Shown here: positions 9,402 through 18,627 of the stretch, piece after piece | How the letters are laid out: every line of letters begins with the position of its first letter | How positions within the stretch are numbered: the stretch's first letter is position 1 | NCBI GenBank assembly: GCA_965220965.1 | Contig: OZ244852.1 | Coordinates: 672,001-736,000 of the forward strand | Direction of reading: 5' to 3' | Origin: Candidatus Marinacidobacterium sp. | Lineage (GTDB): Bacteria; Acidobacteriota; Vicinamibacteria; Marinacidobacterales; Marinacidobacteraceae | Length of the DNA: 64,000 nucleotides | Notes under the pieces: generated by a model | Database searches by the model: none | Told to the model about the DNA's origin: nothing | The model's input: only the letters and a program-made list of their open reading frames with translations | Translations under genes and position numbers: made by a program

Positions 9402-10424
9402 TCAGTCGCGGTCCGGGCTGCTCTGTCCGGCGCGGAACTCGTCGCGGATCCGGATCACCCGGTCGAGCACCGGACCCGGAACCAGCCGGTCGCGCACCAT
9501 CGGGAAGGACTTCTCGGCGAGACCCTCCCAGGCCGCGAGGAAGTCCGGCGACGCTTCGATGACCTGGAGCCCGCGTCGCTCCATCGCGGCGAGGGAGCGC
9601 TCCTCGGTCTCGCGGTTCGAGCTGCGGAACTCGGCGGCGGCGGCGTCGGCGTGACGGGTCACTACCTCGCGCTGTTCGGGGGTCAGCCGCTCCCAGCCGT
9701 TGTCGTGGATGATGAGCGCGCCCTGGAGCGGGGCCCAGCGGAGGCTGTTCATGAACCCGGCGGAGCGGTAGACCTGCGAGCCCTCGGCGAAGACGATGGG
9801 CAGCGGCGCGGCTTCGACGAGCCCGGTCTGGAACCCGCTCACCAGCTCGACCGAATTCACCTGGACCGGATCGAAACCCGCCCACCGCAGGAGGTCCACC
9901 GCGGTCGGATCCCCGGCGGCGCCCGCGAGGCGGAGGCCCTGGAGGTCCTCGACGGTATTGACCGGCTGGCTCGAGAAGAAATGGAGCCAGCCCACGTCGG
10001 CCCAGGCGAGCGCGCGAAACCCGTGCTCCTCGAGCGCCGCGCCGATCGCCGGGTTCATGACGTCCCGCACGTGGTCCCACTCGGCGTAGTCGTCGAACAC
10101 CATCGGGATCGAGAGCGTCCAGGCGCTGGCGTCGAGCTCGGCGAGCCCCACGTTCGTGACCGCCGCCATCTGGACCTGGCCGATCCGCATCTTCCGGATC
10201 ATGTCGGACTCGTCGCCGGCGGATCCCCCGCTGATGATGCGGATGCGGACCTCGCCGTCGGTGTCCTTGCCGATGTCGGCCGCCATCTTGCGGAGCGTGA
10301 TGTGCCAGCTCGAGCCGTTCGGCGCGAGGGTGGCGAGCCGCAGGTTCACCCGCGCCTCGACCGCGGTGGCGGCGAGGAGCAGCGCCGCCAGCGCGGCCCC
10401 GGTGATGCGGGTCCCGTTCTTCAT
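9402..10424 (-). CDS. dctP: TRAP transporter substrate-binding protein DctP
   Basis: Start MKNGTRITG with signal peptide; LRLATLAPNGSSW, GDESDMIRKMRIGQ, DLQGLRL. Confidence 0.88.
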   Translation of the reverse strand: MKNGTRITGAALAALLLAATAVEARVNLRLATLAPNGSSWHITLRKMAADIGKDTDGEVRIRIISGGSAGDESDMIRKMRIGQVQMAAVTNVGLAELDASAWTLSIPMVFDDYAEWDHVRDVMNPAIGAALEEHGFRALAWADVGWLHFFSSQPVNTVEDLQGLRLAGAAGDPTAVDLLRWAGFDPVQVNSVELVSGFQTGLVEAAPLPIVFAEGSQVYRSAGFMNSLRWAPLQGALIIHDNGWERLTPEQREVVTRHADAAAAEFRSSNRETEERSLAAMERRGLQVIEASPDFLAAWEGLAEKSFPMVRDRLVPGPVLDRVIRIRDEFRAGQSSPDRD

Positions 10425-10435
10425 GATGCCGTCCC

Positions 10436-11398
10436 TCACTCGTCGTCGAGGAAGTAGTCGTCGGTGCGCTCGATGAGCCACGCTGCCCTCTCCTGCGCCA
10501 CGCGGTTCAGCAGCCGCGCCTCCGGAAAGCTGTGGATGTCGAAGTCGAGCGTCTGCCGCAGCAGGCGCTCGAACTCGGCCCGGTCCCCGGTGGCGATCGA
10601 GCCGCTCTCGGCCCAGTTCGCCCAAAGGACCGGATGCCGCTCGGGACCGATCTCGAGGGCGTGCTCCCACAGCTCCCGGGCCCGCTCCAGCGAGCCGCCC
10701 GGGCGGATCGCCTCGTAGAGGCTCAGGTAGTCGTAGGCCACCCCGGCGTCCACCATCTCGTCGAGTTCCAGAACGCGCTCGAGGAGCGCGCCCATGACCG
10801 CGAGGTCGGCGGTGGCCTCGGGGTCCGCGGTGTTCATCGAGATCCACGCCCCGGTGGCGGTTCCGGTCCACAGCGCCAGCCCCGCGTCCTCTTCCTCGAG
10901 TTCGGCGGCGGCGGCCCAGGGATCCCGGCTGAGGCGCTCCCGGATGCCCGGGTGGTTGGCCTCCAGCCCCTGGAGCCCGAATTCGCGGGATCGCTCGTAG
11001 AGACGGGCGGCCCGGGCCCGGACGGCCTGCTCCTCCTCGAACTGGGTGAAGTCCAGCTCGAACAGGTTCGGCTCCACGAAGGCGTAGGCGTAGAGCGCGA
11101 ACCCCTTGGCGGCGGCGAGGAGCATGAGCCGGTGCTCGGGCTCCTGGAGGAGGAGCGACTCGACCGTCTTCAGGTTGAACGCGAGCGCCCGGCCCACGAG
11201 CTCGAGGTCGTCGTCGGAGCGATAGACGGCTTCGCCCTCGGCGAGCACCTCGGCGAGGGAGTTCACCGCGACCCCGGTCACGAGCGAACAGCCGGGGGAG
11301 AGCGCGGCGGCCAGGATCAGCGCCAGCAGCGCCGGGACTCCGGCGGCGCGCGGTGTCCGGCGGGCCCCGTTCGGGGGGAAATACGGCGCCTCGCCCAC
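10436..11398 (-). CDS. TRAP transporter TatT (TPAT) component lipoprotein
   Basis: Lipobox-like SPGC; helical TPR-like sequence (DDDLELVGRALAFNLKTVESLL, RARAARLYERS); directly upstream of dctP-dctQM. Confidence 0.8.
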   Translation of the reverse strand: MGEAPYFPPNGARRTPRAAGVPALLALILAAALSPGCSLVTGVAVNSLAEVLAEGEAVYRSDDDLELVGRALAFNLKTVESLLLQEPEHRLMLLAAAKGFALYAYAFVEPNLFELDFTQFEEEQAVRARAARLYERSREFGLQGLEANHPGIRERLSRDPWAAAAELEEEDAGLALWTGTATGAWISMNTADPEATADLAVMGALLERVLELDEMVDAGVAYDYLSLYEAIRPGGSLERARELWEHALEIGPERHPVLWANWAESGSIATGDRAEFERLLRQTLDFDIHSFPEARLLNRVAQERAAWLIERTDDYFLDDE

Positions 11399-11491
11399 GG
11401 CCGGAAAAGGTTACTTCAACGCCGGGCGGGCCGTTGAGCGCGCCCCGTCGCCGTTCGCTCCCCGGAAGCCGGTACGCTCGCCCCGATCACC

Positions 11492-12043
11492 ATGGCTCTG
11501 CTTTCCCGTCCCGCCTTCCTTCGCTTCGCGGCTCTGGTCGCGGCTTCGGCCTTCGTCGCCCCGGGCTGCGGCCCGCCGGACCCGGGCGAAACCGCCCCGG
11601 CGCCAGTGGCCGAAAGCGCCGCGCCCGACCCGCTCCTCGGGAGCTGGCGGCCGCAGACCTACCGGATCGGCGGGGAGGAGCCCACCGAGCTGCCGGTGGA
11701 TGGCCGGATCGTCTTCCTGCCCGGTTCCGGGGAAGACCCCGGCGAGTGGTCCGTGCTGTTCTTCGTGAACGACGAGGGCGGCGAGCCCCGGCGAGGTTCA
11801 GCCGAGGGCGGCCAGTGGTTCCGCGAGGGGGAGACGCTGGTGCTGACCCATGCGTGGCATCTGTCCGCGGGCGCGGCGGTGGGCCCGCTGTCCGAGGCGC
11901 CGCTACGGATGGAGCTGCGCTCCATGGAGACCGCGGCGCGCGACCACCGGGAGCCGTGCCGGGTCGGGATCGAGGGGGACGGGATGACCCTCTTCTTCCC
12001 GAGCGGGAACTCGATGTCCTTCGTCCGGATCAGCGGTCCCTGA
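11492..12043 (+). CDS. hypothetical lipoprotein (lipocalin-like)
   Basis: Signal peptide ending APGC; 'LLGSWR' lipocalin-like start motif; normal codon pattern. Confidence 0.6.
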   Translation: MALLSRPAFLRFAALVAASAFVAPGCGPPDPGETAPAPVAESAAPDPLLGSWRPQTYRIGGEEPTELPVDGRIVFLPGSGEDPGEWSVLFFVNDEGGEPRRGSAEGGQWFREGETLVLTHAWHLSAGAAVGPLSEAPLRMELRSMETAARDHREPCRVGIEGDGMTLFFPSGNSMSFVRISGP

Positions 12044-12521
12044 CGCCCCCGCTCCGGAGAAGCAGTTCCGGGGGTTCGCGCACCGGCTCGCCTTCCGGGC
12101 TGCAGAGGCGCACCATGAGCAGGGTGGCGTCGACGACGGCGCGCATGCGAAGCGCGGCGGGATCGAGGGTGGCGAGCTGGATCTCCCTCGGCGAAAGGCC
12201 GTCTTCCACCAGCCGGGCGACGGTGTCCTCGGCGCCGTCCACGAACTCCTCGGCGATCTGGCGGACCCGCTGATCCAGCTCCGTGGCGAGGCGGCATTCC
12301 CGCGTGAGCGGTTCCTCGGGCAACGCCTCGCGGAAGCTCTGAAGAAAGGAATCGTCCAGAACCATCCGGATGATGTTCCGATGCGCGGCCGAGGGCCCCG
12401 CCGGCTGGGAAGCCGGCCGGGCCGACTTCCCGGGGGGAGAAGGCGGCGCCGCGGCGCCCGCCGCCTCGCCGAGGGTCACCAGGGGGAATGTCGCCAGCAG
12501 AAAGGCCAGGAACCGGACCAT
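12030..12521 (-). CDS. hypothetical secreted protein
   Basis: GAGGAG SD and TAGACT -10-like box upstream on minus strand; N-terminal hydrophobic signal. Confidence 0.55.
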   Translation of the reverse strand: MVRFLAFLLATFPLVTLGEAAGAAAPPSPPGKSARPASQPAGPSAAHRNIIRMVLDDSFLQSFREALPEEPLTRECRLATELDQRVRQIAEEFVDGAEDTVARLVEDGLSPREIQLATLDPAALRMRAVVDATLLMVRLCSPEGEPVREPPELLLRSGGVRDR

Positions 12522-12595
12522 CGCAGTCCTCCTCGGTCCGGCGACGGCCGGACCCGATGATTCGAGTCTACCGGGCGACCTCGTCGCCCTTCCAG

Positions 12596-14011
12596 TCAGT
12601 TCTCTGGCGTTGCGAACTGGTATCCCCGGGCGCGGAGCGCCTCGATCAGCTCGGCGGGCAGCGGTTCGAGCTCCTCGCCGTCCGCGTTCTCCTGGCGCCA
12701 GGCGACCGTCTGGATCCGCCGGGTCTCGAGCTCGGCCCGCAGCGGTTCGGTGCTCATCCGGCCCTCGGCGTAGCGGTTCTCCGCCTCGTTCGGGTCGCGC
12801 ACCGTGTTGAACAGCGCGAACTGGGGCTCGGGCTGTCCCGGGACCGGCACCCGCAGCATCCGGAGTCGCCCGTCGAAGATCGAGAAGAGACCGCCGTCCG
12901 TCTCCGAGTAGAGGCGACGGTGGGGGCGCGGATTCTGACCCCGGAGCGACGGGACCAGCGACGTTCCGAAGTACCCGATGGGTCGCGGATCGGGGATGGC
13001 CTGCGGCGAACCGATGAGTTCCAGCGCCGTGGGCGCAAGATCTGCAAGGCTCACGACCCCGGGAAAGCGCACCTCCGAGGGGAGGCGGTCGGCTTCGGCG
13101 CCCGGCCAGCCGAAGACCAGCGGGACCCGCACGGTCTCGCGGAACAGGCCGCGCGGGCGATCGAAGACCGGGCCGCGCTCGCCCAGCGACTCGCCGTGGA
13201 GCCCGGCCACCACCACGAGCGTCTCCCCATCGAGGGGTCCCGCGCGCACCGCGTCGAGGATCTCGCCCACCGCGATGTCCACGCTCCGGATCGCGGCGTC
13301 GTAGCGGTCCACGCTCTCGCCGTACCCGCCGCCCGGATCCGGCGCGAGCGCCGACGCCGGGACCGGCCCGGGCCGGAGCCGGGGCGCCTCGGGCGTCAGG
13401 TTGTCGCCCCAGGACGGGTCCTCACCGGGAGGATGCGGTGGTTCTGGTCCGGCGAAGTGGAGCCACAGGAAGAGCGGCGCGGCGGTCGCGGCGGCGGAAT
13501 CCGCCGGAGCCGGCGCCGTCAGGATCTCGCGCGCCATGGCCACGACCTCGGCGGACGGATCCGCCGTCTCCGCATCGAAGAACTCGCGGTACTCCGCAAA
13601 GCCCGCCGAGAATCCGAGTTGCGACGCGAGCGCCGGGTGGGTCACCGCCGCCCGGGTCCGGTAGCCGGCGGCCGACAGGAGTTCCGCGAGACCTGCGCCG
13701 GGGAGGAGCCGCGCCGGCGCCCCCCGGGTGATGCGCGCCGGGTCCATTCCGGTGAGGACGGCCGCGGCGGCGACGCCGGTCTCGGGCCAGGGAGTCACCC
13801 CCTCCGACAGGATGGCGCCGGCGGCGGCGAAGAGATCCAGCCGGGGGGTGGCGTTCCTGACGTAACCGGAGATCCCGAGGTGATCGCTCCGCAGCGAGGA
13901 CACCGTGATGAGCACGAGGTTCCGCGACGGCTCGGGGACCCCGGCGTCTCCGCCGCAACCCGCGAGCGTGACGAGCGCCGTGAGCAGCGCGCTCCGCCGG
14001 AGGCCGCTCAT
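12596..14011 (-). CDS. sulfatase/alkaline-phosphatase-fold lipoprotein with degenerate active site
   Basis: ATGA overlap with tsaE; lipobox LAGC; NLVLITVSSLRSDHLG, TPRLD, YDAAIRSVD, HGESLGE, VRVPL sulfatase scaffold. Confidence 0.75.
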   Translation of the reverse strand: MSGLRRSALLTALVTLAGCGGDAGVPEPSRNLVLITVSSLRSDHLGISGYVRNATPRLDLFAAAGAILSEGVTPWPETGVAAAAVLTGMDPARITRGAPARLLPGAGLAELLSAAGYRTRAAVTHPALASQLGFSAGFAEYREFFDAETADPSAEVVAMAREILTAPAPADSAAATAAPLFLWLHFAGPEPPHPPGEDPSWGDNLTPEAPRLRPGPVPASALAPDPGGGYGESVDRYDAAIRSVDIAVGEILDAVRAGPLDGETLVVVAGLHGESLGERGPVFDRPRGLFRETVRVPLVFGWPGAEADRLPSEVRFPGVVSLADLAPTALELIGSPQAIPDPRPIGYFGTSLVPSLRGQNPRPHRRLYSETDGGLFSIFDGRLRMLRVPVPGQPEPQFALFNTVRDPNEAENRYAEGRMSTEPLRAELETRRIQTVAWRQENADGEELEPLPAELIEALRARGYQFATPEN

Positions 14012-14481
14012 CGGACGTTCCCCGCTCGCCGGACCTCGATGCGCCGGGTCCCGTCGGGCTCCGGCGCGAGTTCGACCTCGAGCGCGTCGTCGCGTCGGAA
14101 CCGGCCCAGCCGGTCCGGCCACTCCACAATGACCACGGCGTCTTCCTCCTCCATCTCCTCGATGCCCAGTTCCTCGAGTTCCGCCGGTTTCTCGATCCGG
14201 TAGAGATCGATGTGGTAGACCGGGCGCGCGCCCTCGGCGTAGCCCTGGACGAGGGCGAATGTCGGGCTCGTGACCTGGCGCGGGTCCACCGCGTAGTGGC
14301 GGGCGAGCCCCTTGGCGAAGACCGTCTTGCCGGCCCCCAGGGGTCCGTTCAGGTAGAACGCCCGCGCCGCGGGGAAGCGCGAGGCGAGCCGGTCGCCGGC
14401 GCGGAGCGTCTCGTCGGGATCCCGGGTGCGAAAGCGCGCCACGACCGCGGAAGCCTCCGGCGTGGGGAGAGCCGGCGTCAT
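14008..14481 (-). CDS. tsaE: tRNA t6A biosynthesis ATPase TsaE
   Basis: GPLGAGKT Walker A, VTSPTF, YHIDLYR, IVEW; follows nnr as is typical. Confidence 0.93.
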   Translation of the reverse strand: MTPALPTPEASAVVARFRTRDPDETLRAGDRLASRFPAARAFYLNGPLGAGKTVFAKGLARHYAVDPRQVTSPTFALVQGYAEGARPVYHIDLYRIEKPAELEELGIEEMEEEDAVVIVEWPDRLGRFRRDDALEVELAPEPDGTRRIEVRRAGNVR

Positions 14482-16052
14482 TGCTGTTTCCTTTCCTGAA
14501 GACGTTGCATGGCGCCGCCGATCGCGGCGGCGATCTCCGAGGCGGTGACCGCGTCCGCGCCGAGCCGTCGGCTCGCCTCCGCGCCGGCCGCTCCGTGCAC
14601 GAACACGGCGGCGCCCAGCGCCTCGGTGGGCGACAGGCCGCGCGCGAGAAGAGTCCCCGCGACGCCGGTGAGGACATCCCCCGAGCCGCCGGTCGCGAGC
14701 TCGGGACCGCCGGACAGGTTGACCGAAGCGGCGCCGTCCGGCGCGGCGACCAGCGTGCCCGGTCCCTTGTAGGCCACGACGCTCCCGGTGGCGCGCGCCA
14801 GCACGCGGGCCGCGGCGAGCCGGTCGGCGGGCGGGGGCGTGGCGCCCAGAAGCCGCGCCCCTTCGCCGCCGTGGGGGGTCAGCGCAAGACCTTCCCGTTC
14901 GCGCAGCTCCTCCGCCCGGCCGGCGAAGGCGTTCAGGCCGTCGGCGTCGAGCACCGCCGGGGCGGTCGTGGCCGCGACCAGGCGCCGCACCGCCTCGGCG
15001 CAGGCGTCGGATCCCCCGAGTCCCGGCCCCACCGCGAGGGCGTCGGCCCGAAAGGAACCAGCGAAGTCGCTCACCACGGCGGCCGCTTCCGGCGCCAACT
15101 GGCCATCCTCTCCGGCCGGGAGCGGGAGCCGCATGGCCTCGGGAGGCAGCCCGGTGAGCGCTTCCGACGGCCCCGCCACCGTCAGAAGCCCCACCCCCGC
15201 CGCCAGCGCCCCCCGCGCGGCGAGGGCCGCGGCGCCGGGCATCCGGCGCGAGCCGGCGACGAGCAGCAGGCGCCCCAGCTCCCCCTTGTGGGCCCCCGGC
15301 GCCCGCGTCGGGAGGAGTTCCGCCGCCTCCGGCGCGCCGATCGCGCGAAGCCCCTCGGGACCGGAGGAAAGCCACTGGTCCGGGATGCCGATCCGGGCGA
15401 CCCGCAGTTCCCCGCACGCCGAGCTCGCCGGGAAGACGACATGGCACACCTTGGCGGCGGCGAGGGCGACGGTGACGTCGGCGCGGAGCGCCACCCGAGG
15501 AAGTGCGCCGCTGTCGGTGGCCAGCCCGGTGGGGATGTCCACCGCCACCCGGGCCACGTCTTCGAACCGCGACTCCAGGTCGAGGACGACGCGTTCCAGC
15601 AGGCCCTCGAGCGGGCGGGTGACGCCGGTTCCGAGGATCGCGTCCACGATCACGTCGAGCGGCGACCCGCCGAGGGGTCTGTCGCCGAGCGCCCGGCGCC
15701 AGGCGTCCTCGTCGGGGATCTCGCGGACATCGAGCCCGAGCCGCTGCGCGGTCTCGAGGTTCGCCCGGGTGTCCGGCGCCAGCCGGTCCGCGGAGGCGAG
15801 GACGACGGCGGTCGCGGCGAGGCCCCGCTCGGCGAGCGCCCGCAGGATGACCAGGCCGTCGCCGCCGTTGCCGCCCCGTCCGCACAGGATGAGGATCCGC
15901 CCGCCGCCCCGGACGCGCTCCCGGACGAGCCCGGAAACGACCCGCGCCGCCTCCCGCCCGGCGTTCTCCATGAGGACCCGCGAAGGGATCCCGGCCTCCT
16001 CGATCGTTCGTCGGTCCGCCTCCCGCATGCGGGCGGCGGTGAGCACGTCCAT
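14478..16052 (-). CDS. nnr: bifunctional NAD(P)H-hydrate epimerase/dehydratase
   Basis: LMENAG, CGRGGNGGDG, DAILGTG, DIPTG, HKG, DADGLN, TPHGGE, LATGGSGDVL. Confidence 0.93.
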   Translation of the reverse strand: MDVLTAARMREADRRTIEEAGIPSRVLMENAGREAARVVSGLVRERVRGGGRILILCGRGGNGGDGLVILRALAERGLAATAVVLASADRLAPDTRANLETAQRLGLDVREIPDEDAWRRALGDRPLGGSPLDVIVDAILGTGVTRPLEGLLERVVLDLESRFEDVARVAVDIPTGLATDSGALPRVALRADVTVALAAAKVCHVVFPASSACGELRVARIGIPDQWLSSGPEGLRAIGAPEAAELLPTRAPGAHKGELGRLLLVAGSRRMPGAAALAARGALAAGVGLLTVAGPSEALTGLPPEAMRLPLPAGEDGQLAPEAAAVVSDFAGSFRADALAVGPGLGGSDACAEAVRRLVAATTAPAVLDADGLNAFAGRAEELREREGLALTPHGGEGARLLGATPPPADRLAAARVLARATGSVVAYKGPGTLVAAPDGAASVNLSGGPELATGGSGDVLTGVAGTLLARGLSPTEALGAAVFVHGAAGAEASRRLGADAVTASEIAAAIGGAMQRLQERKQQ

Positions 16053-16117
16053 GAGCCCTGGGATTCTGACGGATGGGGCGCTCCGGAGCCGGGTTCGACG
16101 GGCGTACTCTTTCCGGG

Positions 16118-17089
16118 ATGACCCCGTACTTCTCCGAGGAACTCGTCTCGGAAGCGCTGCCGATGGCCGACGCGGTCCGGGCGGTGGAGGCGGTGTTCGC
16201 CGAACTCGGCGCGGGAGGGGCTGAGAATCGTCCCCGCCAGCGGGTCCGGGTTCCCGGCCGGATGCTCCACACCATGAGCGCCGGGAGCGCCGAGCTCGGG
16301 TTCTGCGGGCTCAAGACCTACCTGACCGGACGCGACGGCGCCCGCTTCGTGGTGCTGCTGTTCGACGTCCGGACCGGTTCGCTCGCCGCGGTCATGGAGG
16401 CCGAGGCGCTCGGCCGGATCCGCACCGGCGCCGCCACCGGAGTCGCGGCGGATTACCTGGCGCCGACCGAGGCCCGCGCCTGCGGGATCGTGGGGTGCGG
16501 GTTCCAGGCCGGCGCGCAACTGGAGGCGCTCGCGGTCGTCCGTCCGCTCGAGCGGGTCGCGGCCTACTGCCGCGCGCCCGACCGGCGCCGCGCGTTCGCG
16601 GAGGAGATGAGCCGGCGTCTGGAGATCCCGGTGGCGCCCGCGCCCAGCGCGGAGGCGGCGGTCGCCGGGATGGACATCGTGGTCGCCGCCACCAGCGCCC
16701 GCGAGCCGGTGATCCATGGGGCGTGGCTCACCCCGGGAGCGTTCGTCGCCGGGATCGGGGGGAACTCGCTCCGTCGCCGCGAGCTGGACCGGGAGACGGT
16801 CCTCGGCGCCGAGCGCATCGTCGTGGACGATCTCGAGCAGGCGAAGATCGAGTGCGGGGATCTCGCCGCGGTGGTGGAGACCGGGGATCTCGCCTGGGAC
16901 CGGGTCGAGACGCTCGGCGCGGTCGTGGCGGCGGGGGCGAGAGCCGCGCCTCCCGGGGGCGCGCTGTTCGAGTCCCAGGGGATCGCCGCCGAGGACATCG
17001 CCGCGGCCGCCGTCGTCTACCGGCGCGCGCTCGGCGAGGCGGTTTCCCTGCCGATCCGGGGCCTCGAGACGCCGGATACCAACCCGTAG
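16118..17089 (+). CDS. ornithine cyclodeaminase / mu-crystallin family protein
   Basis: RIRTGAATGVAA, GCGFQA, FESQGIAAEDIA; ATG 16118 lies 7 nt after a TACTCT box. Confidence 0.88.
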   Translation: MTPYFSEELVSEALPMADAVRAVEAVFAELGAGGAENRPRQRVRVPGRMLHTMSAGSAELGFCGLKTYLTGRDGARFVVLLFDVRTGSLAAVMEAEALGRIRTGAATGVAADYLAPTEARACGIVGCGFQAGAQLEALAVVRPLERVAAYCRAPDRRRAFAEEMSRRLEIPVAPAPSAEAAVAGMDIVVAATSAREPVIHGAWLTPGAFVAGIGGNSLRRRELDRETVLGAERIVVDDLEQAKIECGDLAAVVETGDLAWDRVETLGAVVAAGARAAPPGGALFESQGIAAEDIAAAAVVYRRALGEAVSLPIRGLETPDTNP

Positions 17090-17098
17090 GATCGCCTC

Positions 17099-17257
17099 AT
17101 GGCGCCGCCCCTCCTGCTTTTCGGGCCGTTCGAGGCCACCGAACTGCTCGTCGCCTGGGGGGTGGCTACGCTCGTCCTCTGGGGGTCTCCGCTCGTGCTG
17201 CTCGCGCTCTGGCTCCACCGTCGACGCCGGCGCCGAACCGGTAGAATCCGGCCATGA
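17099..17257 (+). CDS. 52-aa membrane microprotein with TatA-like N-terminus (not in ORF track)
   Basis: [52 protein letters not shown]; stop overlaps tatA ATG; TAGGAT box 6 nt before ATG. Confidence 0.6.
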   Translation: MAPPLLLFGPFEATELLVAWGVATLVLWGSPLVLLALWLHRRRRRRTGRIRP

Positions 17258-17475
17258 CCTTCCCGCTCCAGGTACCGGTCCTCCTTTTCGGACCGTTCGG
17301 CGCCACCGAGCTCCTCATCATCCTGGGGATCGTGATCCTGATCTTCGGGGCCTCGAAGCTGCCGCAACTGGGCGCAGGTCTCGGGCAGGGGATCCGCAAC
17401 TTCCGGCACTCGATGAAGACGATCACGTCGCCCGGATCGGACGAGCCGTCGGAGGGCGAGTCGAAGAAGGAATAG
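17254..17475 (+). CDS. tatA: twin-arginine translocase TatA/TatE subunit
   Basis: [40 protein letters not shown]. Confidence 0.93.
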   Translation: MTFPLQVPVLLFGPFGATELLIILGIVILIFGASKLPQLGAGLGQGIRNFRHSMKTITSPGSDEPSEGESKKE

Positions 17476-17534
17476 CGCTCCGAAAGCCCCACCTCCATCC
17501 GGCCGGGGCGCTTCCGGCGCGGGTGAGCGCGGCG

Positions 17535-18617
17535 TCAGACGATGACGCGCAGGCCGTCGTGGGCCAGGTCGAAGACCGGGTCCGGGGTCTCCATCACGGC
17601 TTCCCCGGTGTGAACCAGCAGCACGCGCTTCGCCCGCAGGCGGGGAGCGGCCTCCTCGAGGTCGCGGAGGGCGGTGTGTCCGGGGAGCGGGTCCACATCG
17701 GTGCACTCGTGGATCAGCAGGTCCGCCCCGGCCGCCTCCCGGATCATCCGTGAGGTGAGCCCGGAGTCGCCCGAGGCCACGATCCGGCGTCCGCCGAGCC
17801 GCAGGGTCCACGAGAGCGCCCACCCGCCCGGCTGGTGGTCCGCGGCGAACGCGACCGCCGAGCCGCCTCCGGCGCTCTCCGGGAGCCGGACGCCCTCCCC
17901 CGGCAGGACCTCCACGATCCGGGTGGGTGATGGTGGCGTGAATCCGGGATAGAGGCACTCGCGCAGCGCGGGGAGCCGGTCCCGGGCCCCCGGGGGCGCG
18001 ATGACCAGCAGCGGTTCGCTTCGCCCGGTGCGCAGCCCGTCCAGCTCGAGGAACGGGACCCCCCCGAAGTGATCCCCGTGGAAGTGGCTCAGGAGCACGG
18101 CGGCGACATCGGAGGGGGACAGGCCCTCGGCCCGCAGGCCGCCGGCGCACCCCGGTCCGGCGTCGAGCAGGATGCCGAGTCGCTGGCCCCGGACCCGGAG
18201 AAAGACGGCGGCGTTTCGCTTGCCGCCGGAGCCGAAGGCGTCGCCCGTGCCGAGGAAACGGACCTCGACGCCGTCCCCCTCGCCGGAGGCGGGGTCCGTC
18301 GCCCCCTCGGCGGCCTCCCGCTGGCAGTCGCGGCAGACGAAGGGCCGCCGCGCCTCGTCCTCGGCTTCCGGGTCGCCGACTTTCTCGCAGCGGCGGCAGC
18401 TCATCCGGGCGTCGCCGAGCGCGTCGCGACGCCGCTCGAGCAGTCCGGCGATGTGCCGGACGATCTCCTCGCGGTCCCCGGCGGCGAACAGCCGGGAGTC
18501 CTCCAGCGGGTCTTCCTCGGGCCGCCGCCGCGCCGTGACCCGGACTTCGACGGTTCGTCCCGGGTCCGCCTCGTCCTCGTCGTCGGGGTCGGCGAGGACG
18601 AGGAGCTCGAGAGACAT
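17535..18617 (-). CDS. MBL-fold metallo-hydrolase (RNase Z-like) with N-terminal CxxC-x17-CxxC extension
   Basis: FLGTGDAFGSGG, LLDAG, SHFHGDH, SGDS, LIHEC, LVH motifs; start MSLELL 10 nt after larE stop. Confidence 0.8.
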   Translation of the reverse strand: MSLELLVLADPDDEDEADPGRTVEVRVTARRRPEEDPLEDSRLFAAGDREEIVRHIAGLLERRRDALGDARMSCRRCEKVGDPEAEDEARRPFVCRDCQREAAEGATDPASGEGDGVEVRFLGTGDAFGSGGKRNAAVFLRVRGQRLGILLDAGPGCAGGLRAEGLSPSDVAAVLLSHFHGDHFGGVPFLELDGLRTGRSEPLLVIAPPGARDRLPALRECLYPGFTPPSPTRIVEVLPGEGVRLPESAGGGSAVAFAADHQPGGWALSWTLRLGGRRIVASGDSGLTSRMIREAAGADLLIHECTDVDPLPGHTALRDLEEAAPRLRAKRVLLVHTGEAVMETPDPVFDLAHDGLRVIV

Positions 18618-18627
18618 CCCGCCCGGA

